The notes below the pieces were generated by a model. It saw only the letters and a list, made by a program, of their open reading frames with translations, did not search any database and was not told where the DNA came from. Of a stretch of DNA of 32,000 nucleotides, positions 20,231-30,812 are shown piece after piece (the first letter of the stretch is position 1; each line of letters opens with the position of its first letter). Source of the stretch: Candidatus Johnevansia muelleri. GTDB lineage: Bacteria > Pseudomonadota > Gammaproteobacteria > Johnevansiales > Johnevansiaceae. The DNA is taken from NCBI GenBank assembly GCA_000953435.1, contig LM655252.1, forward strand, positions 90,001 through 122,000, in the 5' to 3' direction. A program made the translations under genes and the position numbers.

Positions 20231-21205
20231 ATGATTAAATACCCTATTAATTTAATATTTCCCAAAGAAATTAAAATTATAAATCTTAAAAATAATCATT
20301 ATCAAATAATAATTGAACCATTTGAACGTGGATTTGGTCATACTATTGGTAACGCTATACGTCGTATTCTTATATCTTCTATTCCAGGATCTGCTATTGT
20401 GTCTACAAAAATTGAAGGAGTTGAACATGAATTTTCTTCAATATCTGGCGTTCAAGAAGATGTTATGAATATTCTTCTTAATCTTAAAGAAATTGCTATA
20501 AAAATGTATGGTGATGAAGAATCAGAAATAATAATATATAAAGAAGGTCCTAATATTCTTACGGCTAATGATATCATTATTCCTAAAAATATTGAAATTA
20601 TAAATAAGGAACATATTATAGCTCACATAAATGATGGTGGAAAAATTAATATTAATATGTTAGTAAAGCAAGGTAAGGGATATGACCCAGCATATACACG
20701 CATTGAAAAAAGTAATAAGGGTGAAATAAAATTAGATGCTTCATTTAGTCCAATTATTAGGGTATATTATTATATTGAATCTTATAATTTACCAAATAAT
20801 ACTGAGAAGCTAATAATAGAATTAGAAACAAATGGTACTATTAGTGCTGAAGAAGCTATGCAATACTCTGCAATTATCTTACAAAAACAATTAGATGTTA
20901 TTGTTAATTTGACTAAATCAGATAATTCATTTAAAAAGGTAGAAAATGATGAGAGAAAAGATATTTTGTTGCAACCTATAGAATATATTAAGAAGCTTAA
21001 TCGTAAACAGATTAATTTACTTAAATCAGAAAATATTTATTATATTGGAGATATAGTTCAAAGAAATGAAAAAAATTTGCTTAATATTCGACAATTTGGT
21101 ATAAAATCATTAAAAAATATAAAAATTTTTATTGAATCACATGGATTAAAACTAGGGATGGAAATTAAAACTTTAAAATCAATATTATTTAATAATATAA
21201 ATTAA
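20231..21205 (+). CDS. rpoA: DNA-directed RNA polymerase alpha subunit
   Basis: EPFERGFGHTIGNAIRRILISSIPG and LIIELETNGTISAEEA match RpoA. The ATG at 20231 lies 7 nt after SD GGGAGA (20218-20223). The ATG at 20216 in the ORF track overlaps that SD. Confidence 0.93.
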   Translation: MIKYPINLIFPKEIKIINLKNNHYQIIIEPFERGFGHTIGNAIRRILISSIPGSAIVSTKIEGVEHEFSSISGVQEDVMNILLNLKEIAIKMYGDEESEIIIYKEGPNILTANDIIIPKNIEIINKEHIIAHINDGGKININMLVKQGKGYDPAYTRIEKSNKGEIKLDASFSPIIRVYYYIESYNLPNNTEKLIIELETNGTISAEEAMQYSAIILQKQLDVIVNLTKSDNSFKKVENDERKDILLQPIEYIKKLNRKQINLLKSENIYYIGDIVQRNEKNLLNIRQFGIKSLKNIKIFIESHGLKLGMEIKTLKSILFNNIN

Positions 21206-21214
21206 AGGAAACTT

Positions 21215-21592
21215 ATGCGTCATTGTAAGATAGGTAGACATTTAAATAGAAATGCATCACATCGTGATGCAATGTTTAAAAATATGTGTGTTTCATTAAT
21301 TAAATCAGAGATAATTAAAACTACTCTACCAAAAGCAAAGGAACTAAGGCAATATATTGAGCCCATAATTACTTTATCTAAAAAAGATAGTATATCTAAT
21401 CGTAGATTAGCATTTAGTCGTACTAACTCGAGTACTGCAGTATATAAACTTTTTAATAATATTGGTATACGCTACTTTAATAGACCAGGAGGATATGTCA
21501 GGGTTTTAAAGTGTGGATTTCGTAAAGGTGATAACGCACCTATGGCCTTAATTGAGCTAGTTGATCGTAATGTTTTAATAAATAAGGATTAA
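21215..21592 (+). CDS. rplQ: 50S ribosomal protein L17
   Basis: [24 protein letters not shown]...[27 protein letters not shown] matches L17. Confidence 0.96.
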   Translation: MRHCKIGRHLNRNASHRDAMFKNMCVSLIKSEIIKTTLPKAKELRQYIEPIITLSKKDSISNRRLAFSRTNSSTAVYKLFNNIGIRYFNRPGGYVRVLKCGFRKGDNAPMALIELVDRNVLINKD

Positions 21593-21596
21593 TATT

Positions 21597-22040
21597 ATGG
21601 TTATAGGAATTAACAAGGTTATTTTAATAGGATATATTGGTAATGACCCAAAAATACGTTATCTTCCATCTGGAAATACTGTATGCAATATTAGTATTGC
21701 AACAAAAAATCGATGGAAGACCCCAAATGGACAACGTCAAGAACGTACTGATTGGCATTCTGTAGTTATATTCAATAAGTTATCCGAAATTGTACAGCAG
21801 TACGTTAAAAAAGGATCACTCCTTTATATAGAAGGTTATCTTAAAACTAAAAAATGGCAATCTTCAGATGGTAAAAATCGTTACTCTACAGATATAATAG
21901 CAAATGAAATTCAAATTTTAATTTTTAAGGAGACTAATACGCCAGAGCCGACTCCAGTTAAAATAAATAATAATGAAAAATATAAATTAAATAATATTAA
22001 TACCAATTATGATGATTTCGACGATGAAATTACATTTTAA
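21597..22040 (+). CDS. ssb: Single-stranded DNA-binding protein
   Basis: The OB-fold N-terminus INKVILIGYIGNDPKIRYLPSGNTVCNISIAT...TDWHSVVIF and the acidic tail DDFDDEITF are typical of bacterial SSB. Confidence 0.93.
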   Translation: MVIGINKVILIGYIGNDPKIRYLPSGNTVCNISIATKNRWKTPNGQRQERTDWHSVVIFNKLSEIVQQYVKKGSLLYIEGYLKTKKWQSSDGKNRYSTDIIANEIQILIFKETNTPEPTPVKINNNEKYKLNNINTNYDDFDDEITF

Positions 22041-22070
22041 AAATAAAAATTATTTAGATATTACTTTTAT

Positions 22071-23567
22071 ATGATAATACGTACTCGTATAGCTCCTTCA
22101 CCAACAGGTGATCCTCATGTGGGTACTGCGTATATTGCATTATTTAACTATTGCTTTGCTCAATATTATGATGGTGAATTTATCTTACGTGTTGAAGATA
22201 CGGATAAAGATCGATCAACATATGAATCAGAAATAATGATTTTGGATTCATTACGTTGGTTAGGGATTACATGGAGTGAAGGACCAGATATTGGTGGAAT
22301 TTATGGTCCTTATCGACAAAGTGACCGTTTACATATTTATCATAAATATGTAAATAAACTTATTTTATATGGTTTGGCATTTAAATGTTATCGTACTTTT
22401 AAAGAGTTAAATGAAATTAAAAAAAAAAAAACAGTACTTAAAGTAAAAGATTTAAAACTTAATAATGAAGAATATAATCGTCGTGAACTGGAGAATTATC
22501 CATACGTTATTAGAATGGTTGTACCCAATGAAGGTATATGTATAATTCAAGATTTATTACGTGGAAACATTAATATTGATTGGACACAAATAGATGCACA
22601 AATTTTGATTAAATCTAATGGTATGCCTACTTATCATTTTGCAAATGTAATTGATGATCATATTATGAAAATTACTCATGTATTACGTGGAGAAGAATGG
22701 ATAAATTCAGCTCCTAAACACCAGCTTATTTATAAATACTTTGGTTGGAAAATGCCCATTTTATGTCATATGCCATTATTGCGTAATACTGATAAATCAA
22801 AGCTTTCTAAACGTAAAAACCCTACTTCTATTAATTATTATAGAAGAATGGGTTATTTACCACAAGCTTTAATAAACTACTTAGGACATATGGGTTGGTC
22901 TATGTCAAATGGGATTGAAAAATTCAATATTAAAGATATGACTGATAATTTTGATATACATAGAATTTCTTTAGGTGGTCCTGTATTTGATGTTGAAAAA
23001 TTAACTTGGCTTAATAGTAAATATATACGTGAAGATTTTGATGATCGCGCTTTAATAAAAGAAATATGTAAATGGTCTTTTAATGAAGCATATATTTATA
23101 ATATATTACCTAAAATACGACCACGTATACATATATTATCTGATATTATACATATCGCGGGACATTTTTTCTATGGTTTACCTAAATTAGAATTAAAATC
23201 ATTTAATGAAGTTAATATAGAATATTCTAAACAAATCACAATTATTCAATTTTTTATATGGAAATTAGAAATAATAAAAATTTGGAAAAAAGAAGAAATT
23301 TTTTTTTCCGTTAAATCGATTTCAGAATATTTTAAAATTAAATTAAAAATATTATTATGTCCAATTTTTATTGCAATTACTGGATCATTGATATCAACAT
23401 CTGTAATAGATAGTATTTTAATAATTGGTTATGACATAACTATTGCACGTTTAAGTAATGCTATTAAAATAATGGGTAATATTTCAATAAATAAATATAA
23501 AAAATTTAAAACAGAATTTAATTCTGTTTTTTTTAAACAACTTAATATTTGGGAGAATAATTATTAA
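22071..23567 (+). CDS. gltX: Glutamyl-tRNA synthetase
   Basis: Class I aaRS features: [16 protein letters not shown] (HIGH-type motif), [19 protein letters not shown] and KLSKRK (KMSKS-type motif). Confidence 0.93.
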   Translation: MIIRTRIAPSPTGDPHVGTAYIALFNYCFAQYYDGEFILRVEDTDKDRSTYESEIMILDSLRWLGITWSEGPDIGGIYGPYRQSDRLHIYHKYVNKLILYGLAFKCYRTFKELNEIKKKKTVLKVKDLKLNNEEYNRRELENYPYVIRMVVPNEGICIIQDLLRGNINIDWTQIDAQILIKSNGMPTYHFANVIDDHIMKITHVLRGEEWINSAPKHQLIYKYFGWKMPILCHMPLLRNTDKSKLSKRKNPTSINYYRRMGYLPQALINYLGHMGWSMSNGIEKFNIKDMTDNFDIHRISLGGPVFDVEKLTWLNSKYIREDFDDRALIKEICKWSFNEAYIYNILPKIRPRIHILSDIIHIAGHFFYGLPKLELKSFNEVNIEYSKQITIIQFFIWKLEIIKIWKKEEIFFSVKSISEYFKIKLKILLCPIFIAITGSLISTSVIDSILIIGYDITIARLSNAIKIMGNISINKYKKFKTEFNSVFFKQLNIWENNY

Positions 23568-23946
23568 TAAAAATATCGTAAATCTAAATATAACAACAAT
23601 AAATTTTCCATTACCTTCCATTGTTTCTATTATTCATAGAATTACTGGATTTATTTTATTTATAGGGATTATTTTTTTATTTGTGTCATTTAAGATATCA
23701 CTTTCTTCAGAAGAAGGATTTAATATAGTTAAACATGTATTAATAAGTAATTATTTGTTAGCTAAGTTTATTGTTTGGGGACTATTATCAACATTTTTTA
23801 TTCATTTAATTGGTGGCATAAGACATATAGCAATGGATTTACATTTATTTGATAATCTAAAATCTGGAAGTTACACATCTATAGTTATATTAATTATAAA
23901 TTTGTTTATTATTATATTATTATGGAGAATTATATGGAAAATATAA
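23563..23946 (+). CDS. sdhC: Succinate dehydrogenase cytochrome b556 subunit, apparent ATT start overlapping the gltX stop
   Basis: The frame is open from 23491. [28 protein letters not shown] aligns with E. coli KKQRPVNLDLQTIRFPITAIASILHRVSG, all upstream of the ORF-track GTG at 23683. SD GGGAGA (23551-23556) lies 6 nt before ATT 23563. The heme-ligand context GGIRHIAMD is present. Confidence 0.8.
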   Translation: MNKNIVNLNITTINFPLPSIVSIIHRITGFILFIGIIFLFVSFKISLSSEEGFNIVKHVLISNYLLAKFIVWGLLSTFFIHLIGGIRHIAMDLHLFDNLKSGSYTSIVILIINLFIIILLWRIIWKI

Positions 23947-24281
23947 ATTATATTTATTGTTGGATAATACAAAGAATATCAGCTATTATTTTAACTATAT
24001 ATACTATATTTATAATAATATATATTCTATATCATCCTAATTTGGATTATACAACGTGGTCTCTTTTATTTTATAACTTTTTTATGCGTATGTTCACTAT
24101 TTTAGCCATAATTTCAGGTGTGGCACATACATGGATTGGATTGTTTACTATAATAACAGATTATATAAAATGTAGTTATATAAGGTTATGTATGAATATT
24201 TTAATAATAATTTATTTATTTTTGTTTTTATGTGGTTATATAGAAGTTGTTTATGGAGTCTTTTTATGCAACAGCAAATGA
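23922..24281 (+). CDS. sdhD: Succinate dehydrogenase hydrophobic membrane anchor subunit
   Basis: 119 aa and hydrophobic. [13 protein letters not shown]...[18 protein letters not shown] parallels E. coli SdhD (ATAIVLTLYII...LIHAWIGMWQVLTDYVK). The start could also be the ATG at 23934. Confidence 0.88.
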   Translation: MENYMENINYIYCWIIQRISAIILTIYTIFIIIYILYHPNLDYTTWSLLFYNFFMRMFTILAIISGVAHTWIGLFTIITDYIKCSYIRLCMNILIIIYLFLFLCGYIEVVYGVFLCNSK

Positions 24282-26041
24282 TATTTGACGTAATTGTTAT
24301 TGGCGGAGGTGGTGCGGGACTTAGAACTGCCCTTGAACTTACTAAATCTGGAATAAATACCGCTGTTATTTCTAAGGTATTTCCGACACGGTCTCATACA
24401 GTATCGGCACAGGGCGGTATAACATGTGCTATAGGAAGCGCTGATTCAGCAGATGACTGGCGGTGGCATATGTATGATACAGTAAAAGGATCTGATTACA
24501 TTGGTGATCAAGATGCAATAGAATACATGTGTAAAGAAGGACCTAGTGCAATTTTTGAATTAGAGCATATGGGCTTGCCATTTTCTAGATTCCCCAATGG
24601 ACGTATATATCAACGTCCATTTGGTGGACAATCAAAAAATTATGGTAAAGGAGGGCAAGCTGCACGAACTTGTGCAGCAGCAGATAGAACTGGTCATGCA
24701 TTGCTTCATACACTTTATCAGAATAATTTAAAGAATAATACCATATTTTTAGATGAATGGTATGTTATTAATTTAGTAAAGAATGCTCATAATGACGTAG
24801 TAGGTGTAAGTGCAATATGTATAAAATCTGGACAAACATTTTTTATAAAATCAAAGGCAACAGTATTAGCAACAGGCGGGGCTGGTAGAATTTATGCTTC
24901 TACAACTAATGCTTTAATAAACACTGGAGATGGAATAGGTATGGTATTGCGTGCAGGATTTCCAGTTCAAGACATGGAAATGTGGCAATTTCATCCTACA
25001 GGCATTTATGACGCAGGTGTACTTGTAACTGAAGGATGTAGGGGAGAAGGAGGTTATTTAATTAATAAATATGGTGATCGATTTATGGAACGCTATGCAC
25101 CAACAGCTAAAGACCTTGCTGGCCGCGATGTAGTTGCTCGTTCTATTGTACTAGAGGTTCTTGAAGGACGTGGATGTGGAGAAAAAGGAGATCATGTATT
25201 ATTAAAAATAGATCACCTTGGAGAAGATATATTGATGAAACGTTTACCAGGTATTATAGAGCTATCAAAAACCTTTGCGCATGTTAACCCATTAAAAGAA
25301 GCTATTCCTGTTATACCTACCTGTCATTATATGATGGGAGGTATTCCAACGAATATTCATGGTCAGGCGCTATTTATTGATATTAATGGAACTGAGAAAC
25401 CAATTAATGGTCTTTATGCTTGTGGGGAAGTAGCTTGTGTCTCAGTGCATGGTAGTAATCGTTTAGGTGGTAATTCATTACTAGATCTCGTTGTTTTTGG
25501 TAAATCAGTTGGAATATTTATTAAAAATTATCTTAAAGAATGTGAAGGGATTGAAAGAGTTGAAGCAACAAAATATGATATAGAAAATTCATTAATAAAT
25601 ATTAAACGTTGGAATAACTCTAAATTAGGGGGAGAATCTTTTTATACACTTAAAGGTGAGCTTCAGCAGATTATGCAAAATAACTTTGGAGTTTTTCGTA
25701 AAGAAGATAACATGAACAAGGGTTTAGAGGAACTTTCAAAATTACGTAAACGTATTTCCAATGCTTATTTAGCTGACAAATCTCATATTTTCAATATTTC
25801 TAGGATTGAAGCATTAGAACTTGATAACTTAATTGAAGTTTCTGAAGCTACAGCAATTTCGGCTATTGGTAGACGTGAAAGTAGAGGGGCACATTCACGG
25901 GAAGATTATCCTACTCGAGATGATAAAAATTGGATGAAACATTCGATATATCATCCAATTGGAAAAATTTTAACTCAACGTGAAGTTAATTTTGCACCTA
26001 AAAAAATAAAAGTTTTTAAACCCCAAATTCGCAATTATTAA
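24266..26041 (+). CDS. sdhA: Succinate dehydrogenase flavoprotein subunit
   Basis: [20 protein letters not shown] (FAD fold), SHTVSAQGG (covalent FAD His context), RGEGG and [11 protein letters not shown] match SdhA. The start at 24266 follows GGAG. The ORF-track start at 24188 lies inside sdhD and is unsupported. Confidence 0.95.
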   Translation: MQQQMIFDVIVIGGGGAGLRTALELTKSGINTAVISKVFPTRSHTVSAQGGITCAIGSADSADDWRWHMYDTVKGSDYIGDQDAIEYMCKEGPSAIFELEHMGLPFSRFPNGRIYQRPFGGQSKNYGKGGQAARTCAAADRTGHALLHTLYQNNLKNNTIFLDEWYVINLVKNAHNDVVGVSAICIKSGQTFFIKSKATVLATGGAGRIYASTTNALINTGDGIGMVLRAGFPVQDMEMWQFHPTGIYDAGVLVTEGCRGEGGYLINKYGDRFMERYAPTAKDLAGRDVVARSIVLEVLEGRGCGEKGDHVLLKIDHLGEDILMKRLPGIIELSKTFAHVNPLKEAIPVIPTCHYMMGGIPTNIHGQALFIDINGTEKPINGLYACGEVACVSVHGSNRLGGNSLLDLVVFGKSVGIFIKNYLKECEGIERVEATKYDIENSLINIKRWNNSKLGGESFYTLKGELQQIMQNNFGVFRKEDNMNKGLEELSKLRKRISNAYLADKSHIFNISRIEALELDNLIEVSEATAISAIGRRESRGAHSREDYPTRDDKNWMKHSIYHPIGKILTQREVNFAPKKIKVFKPQIRNY

Positions 26042-26050
26042 GGAGGTAAT

Positions 26051-26776
26051 ATGTATAAGATTAATGTATCTATTTATCGTTACAATCCAGAATTTCATAA
26101 GGCACCTTATATGCAATACTACGAAGTAGAAACATATGGCCGTGACTTAATGGTCTTGAATGTTCTGCAGTTAATACACCAAAAACAAGATAGTACGTTA
26201 TCATTTCGTAGTAGTTGTAGAGAAGGTGTATGCGGGTCTGATGGCATGAATATAAATGGTAAAAATGGCCTAAGTTGTATTACTCCAATATCTCAATTAA
26301 TTAAGAATAATACTAATATGCTTATTTTACGGCCGTTGCCTGGCTTACCAGTAATTAGAGATTTAATTGTTGATATGACATTATTTTATAAACAATATAA
26401 ACGCGTTAAACCATATTTACAACCAGACAAGGAGGTGCCCACTCCTGCTATAGAGCGGTTACAATCACCTAAGGACCGTGATAAACTTGATGGTTTGTAT
26501 GAATGCATATTATGTGCATGTTGTTCTACATCTTGTCCATCTTTTTGGTGGAATCCAGAAAAGTTTATTGGACCTGCGGGGTTGCTACAAGCATATAGGT
26601 TTCTAGTTGATAGTCGCGATGCAGCTACCTCTAAACGTCTTGATAATCTTAAAGATCCATTTAGTGTTTTTCGCTGCAGAGGTATTATGAATTGCGTAAA
26701 TGTTTGCCCCAAATTATTAAACCCCACTAGAGTGATAGGAAAAATTAGGAGTATGTTGTTATCAAATACTATTTAG
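26051..26776 (+). CDS. sdhB: Succinate dehydrogenase iron-sulfur subunit
   Basis: Three Fe-S cluster motifs: SCREGVCGSDGMNINGKNGLSC, CILCACCSTSCP and CRGIMNCVNVCP. Confidence 0.96.
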   Translation: MYKINVSIYRYNPEFHKAPYMQYYEVETYGRDLMVLNVLQLIHQKQDSTLSFRSSCREGVCGSDGMNINGKNGLSCITPISQLIKNNTNMLILRPLPGLPVIRDLIVDMTLFYKQYKRVKPYLQPDKEVPTPAIERLQSPKDRDKLDGLYECILCACCSTSCPSFWWNPEKFIGPAGLLQAYRFLVDSRDAATSKRLDNLKDPFSVFRCRGIMNCVNVCPKLLNPTRVIGKIRSMLLSNTI

Positions 26777-26818
26777 TTAATATATTTAATATTTTTTTTA
26801 TATACAGGACAATTAAAT

Positions 26819-29560
26819 ATGCAAAACAGTATGTTGAGCACATCTCATATTAACGTAGTAAATGCACAATATATAGAAAATATATATGAACAATACCTTA
26901 ATAATGTTCTAGTTTCAGAAGATTGGAAAAATTATTTCAATTCATTAATTAATTACAATTTTAATAAAAATTTAAATGTAAATTTTAATAAAATAAACAA
27001 GAAGACATATATTTTAAAAATTATTGATATATATAGATACCATGGTAATAACAAATCTAATATTGATCCATTGGGATTAAGTCCACTAGGTTATATGCCA
27101 GAAATTAATCTTTCTTTTTATGATCTTAACAACGAAGATATACAAATGGTATTTAAAATATGCGAATTATTTATTATAAATGATAATATTAAAACATCTA
27201 TAGATGAACTTCATTTAGCGTTAAATAAAACTTATTGCTCATCAATAGGCTATGAATTCATGCATATTGTAAATATTGAAGAAAAAATTTGGCTTCAAGA
27301 ACGTTTTGAGGATATACATTATAATAAAAAATTTAATAAAAAGCAACAACGCAATATTATTAAAAGACTTATTGCTGCAGAATGTTTAGAAAATTATCTA
27401 GATAAGAAATATCCTGGAACAAAACGTTTTGGTATAGAGGGTGGAGACTCATTTATTCCCATGTTTGATGAAATAATTAATAGATCAGGTAAGCATGGTA
27501 TTAAAGAAATAGTAATTTGTATGGCTCATCGGGGACGTATAAATATTTTAATTAACGTTCTAGGTAAGAATCCATCAGAATTAATTAATGAGTTTGAAGG
27601 AAATAATAGTATATCTGCGGGGTCAGGTGATGTAAAATATCATCAAGGTTTCAGTTCAAATGTAATGACTTTATATGGAAAATTACATTTAACACTTGCG
27701 TTTAACCCTTCTCATTTAGAAATAATATCTCCTGTTGTTGCAGGATCAGCGCGTGCTCTTCAAGATATGCGTAATGATAATAATGGAGATGAGGTTATAG
27801 CCATTTGTGTGCATGGTGATGCTGCTTTCTCTGGTCAAGGAGTAGTACTTGAAACATTGCAAATGTCGCAGACAAGTGCTTTTAAAATAGGGGGAACAGT
27901 ACATATCATAATTAATAACCAAATAGGTTTTACTACAGATCCACAAGATGCTAGATCGTCATATTATTGTACTGATGTAGCAAAAACTATTCAATCGCCT
28001 ATTTTTCATGTTAATGGAGATGATCCTGAATCAGTTATATATGTTGTACAAAAAGCTTTAGATTATAGACAGAAATTCAAAAAAGATGTATTTATAGATT
28101 TTGTTTGTTATCGTAGACATGGTCATAATGAAGCTGATGAACCATCAATTACTCAACCCATAATGTATAATATAATTAAAAATCATAAAAATACGCGTGA
28201 AATTTATGCAAATTATTTAATTATAAAAGGTATAGTTTCTAGTGACGAAATAAAAACTTTTTTTTTAAAATATCGAAATTGTTTAGATAATGGTAGCAAT
28301 GTAGCTAATAAAATATTAATAAAACAAGATAAAAAAAATAACTGGTATTCATATAGTGATCGTAAAATAATAACAAATTATGATACATCTTTTGATATTG
28401 TACGTCTTCGTGAACTTTCAATAAAAATGTGTGAAGTTTCTAAAAAAATTGAAATGCAACGCCAAGTAAATAACATTTATGAATCTCGTAAAAATATGAT
28501 TGCAGGTGATGTAGCATTGAACTGGGGATTCGCTGAAATGTTAGCATATGCTACACTATTAGATGAAGGTTATTCAGTTCGCATAACTGGTCAAGATTCT
28601 AGAAGGGGGACATTTTCTCATCGTCATGCTGTTATTCATAATCAAAAAGATGGTGTAGTTTGGATACCTATGCAACATATAAAATATGATCAACCGCCAT
28701 TTTATATTTATGATTCTTTGCTTTCCGAAGAAGCTGTTCTTGCATTTGAATATGGCTATGCAACTACAAACCCCAAAATGCTAGTAGTTTGGGAAGCCCA
28801 GTTTGGGGATTTTGCAAATGGAGCACAAGTTGTAATTGATCAATTTATATCATCTGGTGAATCAAAATGGGGACGTTTATGTTGCTTGACAATTATTCTA
28901 CCTCATGGATATGAAGGTCAGGGACCTGAACATTCTTCGGCACGTATTGAAAGATTTTTGCAGCTTTCTGCTGAACAAAATATTCAAGTATGTGTACCAA
29001 CTACTCCCGCACAAATGTTTCATTTGCTTCGTAGACAAATTATCTATAAAATTATGAAACCACTTATTATTATGCAGACCAAAAGTCTTTTACGGAATCA
29101 TAATGCAACTTCAAACTTTAAAGATCTTGCTTTTGGTAGTTTCCAAAAAGTAATATTGGATAATAGTTATATACATGAAAAAATAAATCGTGTTATTTTA
29201 GTTTACGGAAAATTGTATTATGATCTAAGTGCCTATAGAGATAAAAATAACTTTGATGATACCGCTATATTAAGAATTGAACAGCTTTATCCATTCCCTG
29301 AAGAAAATATTATTGAAAAACTTTATTTGTTTACGAATGCTGAAAAGCTGGTATGGTGTCAAGATGAACCCCAAAACCAAGGAGCATGGTATCAAATACA
29401 ACATTACCTACATAAAATTATAGAAAAACGTAAAAAATTAGGTTTTAGTGCAATGAAGATTCATTTATCTTGTAGACCAGCTTCTGCTGCAACAGCATCA
29501 GGATATATGTCTGTTCATATAGAACAACAAAATTTATTGGTATATAATGCATTTAAGTAA
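26819..29560 (+). CDS. sucA: 2-oxoglutarate dehydrogenase E1 component
   Basis: 913 aa. GTKRFGIEGGDS, MAHRGRINIL, HGDAAFSGQGVV, YRRHGHNEADEPS, GQDSRRGTFSHRHAV and WEAQFGDFANGAQ match SucA. Confidence 0.96.
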   Translation: MQNSMLSTSHINVVNAQYIENIYEQYLNNVLVSEDWKNYFNSLINYNFNKNLNVNFNKINKKTYILKIIDIYRYHGNNKSNIDPLGLSPLGYMPEINLSFYDLNNEDIQMVFKICELFIINDNIKTSIDELHLALNKTYCSSIGYEFMHIVNIEEKIWLQERFEDIHYNKKFNKKQQRNIIKRLIAAECLENYLDKKYPGTKRFGIEGGDSFIPMFDEIINRSGKHGIKEIVICMAHRGRINILINVLGKNPSELINEFEGNNSISAGSGDVKYHQGFSSNVMTLYGKLHLTLAFNPSHLEIISPVVAGSARALQDMRNDNNGDEVIAICVHGDAAFSGQGVVLETLQMSQTSAFKIGGTVHIIINNQIGFTTDPQDARSSYYCTDVAKTIQSPIFHVNGDDPESVIYVVQKALDYRQKFKKDVFIDFVCYRRHGHNEADEPSITQPIMYNIIKNHKNTREIYANYLIIKGIVSSDEIKTFFLKYRNCLDNGSNVANKILIKQDKKNNWYSYSDRKIITNYDTSFDIVRLRELSIKMCEVSKKIEMQRQVNNIYESRKNMIAGDVALNWGFAEMLAYATLLDEGYSVRITGQDSRRGTFSHRHAVIHNQKDGVVWIPMQHIKYDQPPFYIYDSLLSEEAVLAFEYGYATTNPKMLVVWEAQFGDFANGAQVVIDQFISSGESKWGRLCCLTIILPHGYEGQGPEHSSARIERFLQLSAEQNIQVCVPTTPAQMFHLLRRQIIYKIMKPLIIMQTKSLLRNHNATSNFKDLAFGSFQKVILDNSYIHEKINRVILVYGKLYYDLSAYRDKNNFDDTAILRIEQLYPFPEENIIEKLYLFTNAEKLVWCQDEPQNQGAWYQIQHYLHKIIEKRKKLGFSAMKIHLSCRPASAATASGYMSVHIEQQNLLVYNAFK

Positions 29561-29576
29561 AAATTAAGGAATTAAA

Positions 29577-30743
29577 ATGGGACCATATATTTCTGCAAAT
29601 TATGTAACAAATAAAATTCATGAAATAAAAGCTCCTACTTTCCCCGAATCAGTTGTAGAAGGGGTAGTTTCAAGGTTACATAAACAGCAAGGTGACACAG
29701 TGAATAGGGATGATTTAATTGTAGATATTGAAACTGATAAAGTTGTCCTTGAAGTTGTTGCACCTGCTGATGGTATTATTATTAAAATTTTTACCCATAC
29801 TGGTGCTAAAATTAAATCTGAAGAGGTTATAGCTTTTTTAGAAGAAAATTGTGATGCTAAATCTCAATATATTGATAAAATAGTTACACCATCTGCACGG
29901 AAAATTGTATCTGAACATAATACTATTGATATTAAGAATATTAATGGTACAGGTAAGGGTGGGCGTATTATTAAAGAAGATGTTCAACGTGCATTAACAT
30001 ATGATGAAATAAATTATAAAGTTAATAATGAAAAATTGATTTCCAAATTTATTCGTACTGAAAGACGAGTGCCTATGAGTATAATTAGACAAACTATTGC
30101 AAATCGTTTAGTACAAGTTCAGAAAACTGCTGCTATATTGACGACTTATAATGAAGTGGACATGAGTATAATTATAGCAATTCGTAAAAAGTATAAAAAT
30201 ATATATCAATATATTAATAATGCAAATTTAGGATTTATGGGTTTCTTTGTTAAAGCTTGTACTGAAGCATTAAAACTATTTCCAGATGTTAATTCTTATA
30301 TTGATGGGAATGAAATTGTTTATCATGATTATCAAGACATTAGTGTAGCTGTTTCTACCCCCAGAGGATTAGTTGTACCAGTGTTAAGAAATACTAATAA
30401 AATGAATATTACTGAAATAGAAAAAAATATTGCAGAATTCATTAATCGTGGTACATATGGAACACTGAATATAGAAGAGATGACTGGAGGTACATTTACC
30501 ATTACTAATGGTGGAATTTTTGGTTCTATGTTTTCTACTCCAATATTGAATCCTCCTCAGACTGCAATACTTGGTATGCATAACATTAAAGATCGACCAA
30601 TTGCTATTAATGGACAAGTTGTTATACGTCCTATGATGTATTTAGCATTGTCTTACGATCATCGTATGATCGATGGTAAAGATGCGGTAAAGTTTATAGT
30701 TACAGTAAAAAAATTTATAGAAGACCCATATCTGTTTTTTTAA
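29577..30743 (+). CDS. sucB: 2-oxoglutarate dehydrogenase E2 (dihydrolipoyllysine-residue succinyltransferase)
   Basis: Contains a lipoyl domain ([10 protein letters not shown]), an E3-binding domain (SPSARK-like TPSARKIV...[13 protein letters not shown]) and the catalytic motif [10 protein letters not shown]. Confidence 0.95.
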   Translation: MGPYISANYVTNKIHEIKAPTFPESVVEGVVSRLHKQQGDTVNRDDLIVDIETDKVVLEVVAPADGIIIKIFTHTGAKIKSEEVIAFLEENCDAKSQYIDKIVTPSARKIVSEHNTIDIKNINGTGKGGRIIKEDVQRALTYDEINYKVNNEKLISKFIRTERRVPMSIIRQTIANRLVQVQKTAAILTTYNEVDMSIIIAIRKKYKNIYQYINNANLGFMGFFVKACTEALKLFPDVNSYIDGNEIVYHDYQDISVAVSTPRGLVVPVLRNTNKMNITEIEKNIAEFINRGTYGTLNIEEMTGGTFTITNGGIFGSMFSTPILNPPQTAILGMHNIKDRPIAINGQVVIRPMMYLALSYDHRMIDGKDAVKFIVTVKKFIEDPYLFF

Positions 30744-30753
30744 TTTATACTAC

Positions 30754-30777
30754 ACTCTTAAAAAAGAGTTTGTTTTT
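30754..30777 (+). terminator. Candidate rho-independent terminator after sucB
   Basis: ACTCTT-AAAA-AAGAGT (6-bp stem) is followed by TTGTTTTT. The stem is short and AT-rich, so the call is tentative. Confidence 0.4.
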
Positions 30778-30812
30778 AAAATTCATATCAAAAATTAATA
30801 TGGAAATATTTA

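Noticed and set aside
24188-24265. ORF-track N-terminal extension of sdhA ([26 protein letters not shown])
   Set aside because: This segment lies inside sdhD in another frame. The SdhA homology and the FAD-binding fold begin at [18 protein letters not shown] (ATG 24266), which is preceded by GGAG.
26957-26993. Direct repeat AATTTTAATAAAA (26957-26969 and 26981-26993) in the sucA 5' region (NFNKNLNVNFNK)
   Set aside because: It is low-complexity Asn/Lys-rich AT-biased coding sequence in the poorly conserved N-terminus. Two short copies with a 24-nt period are not distinguishable from compositional drift.
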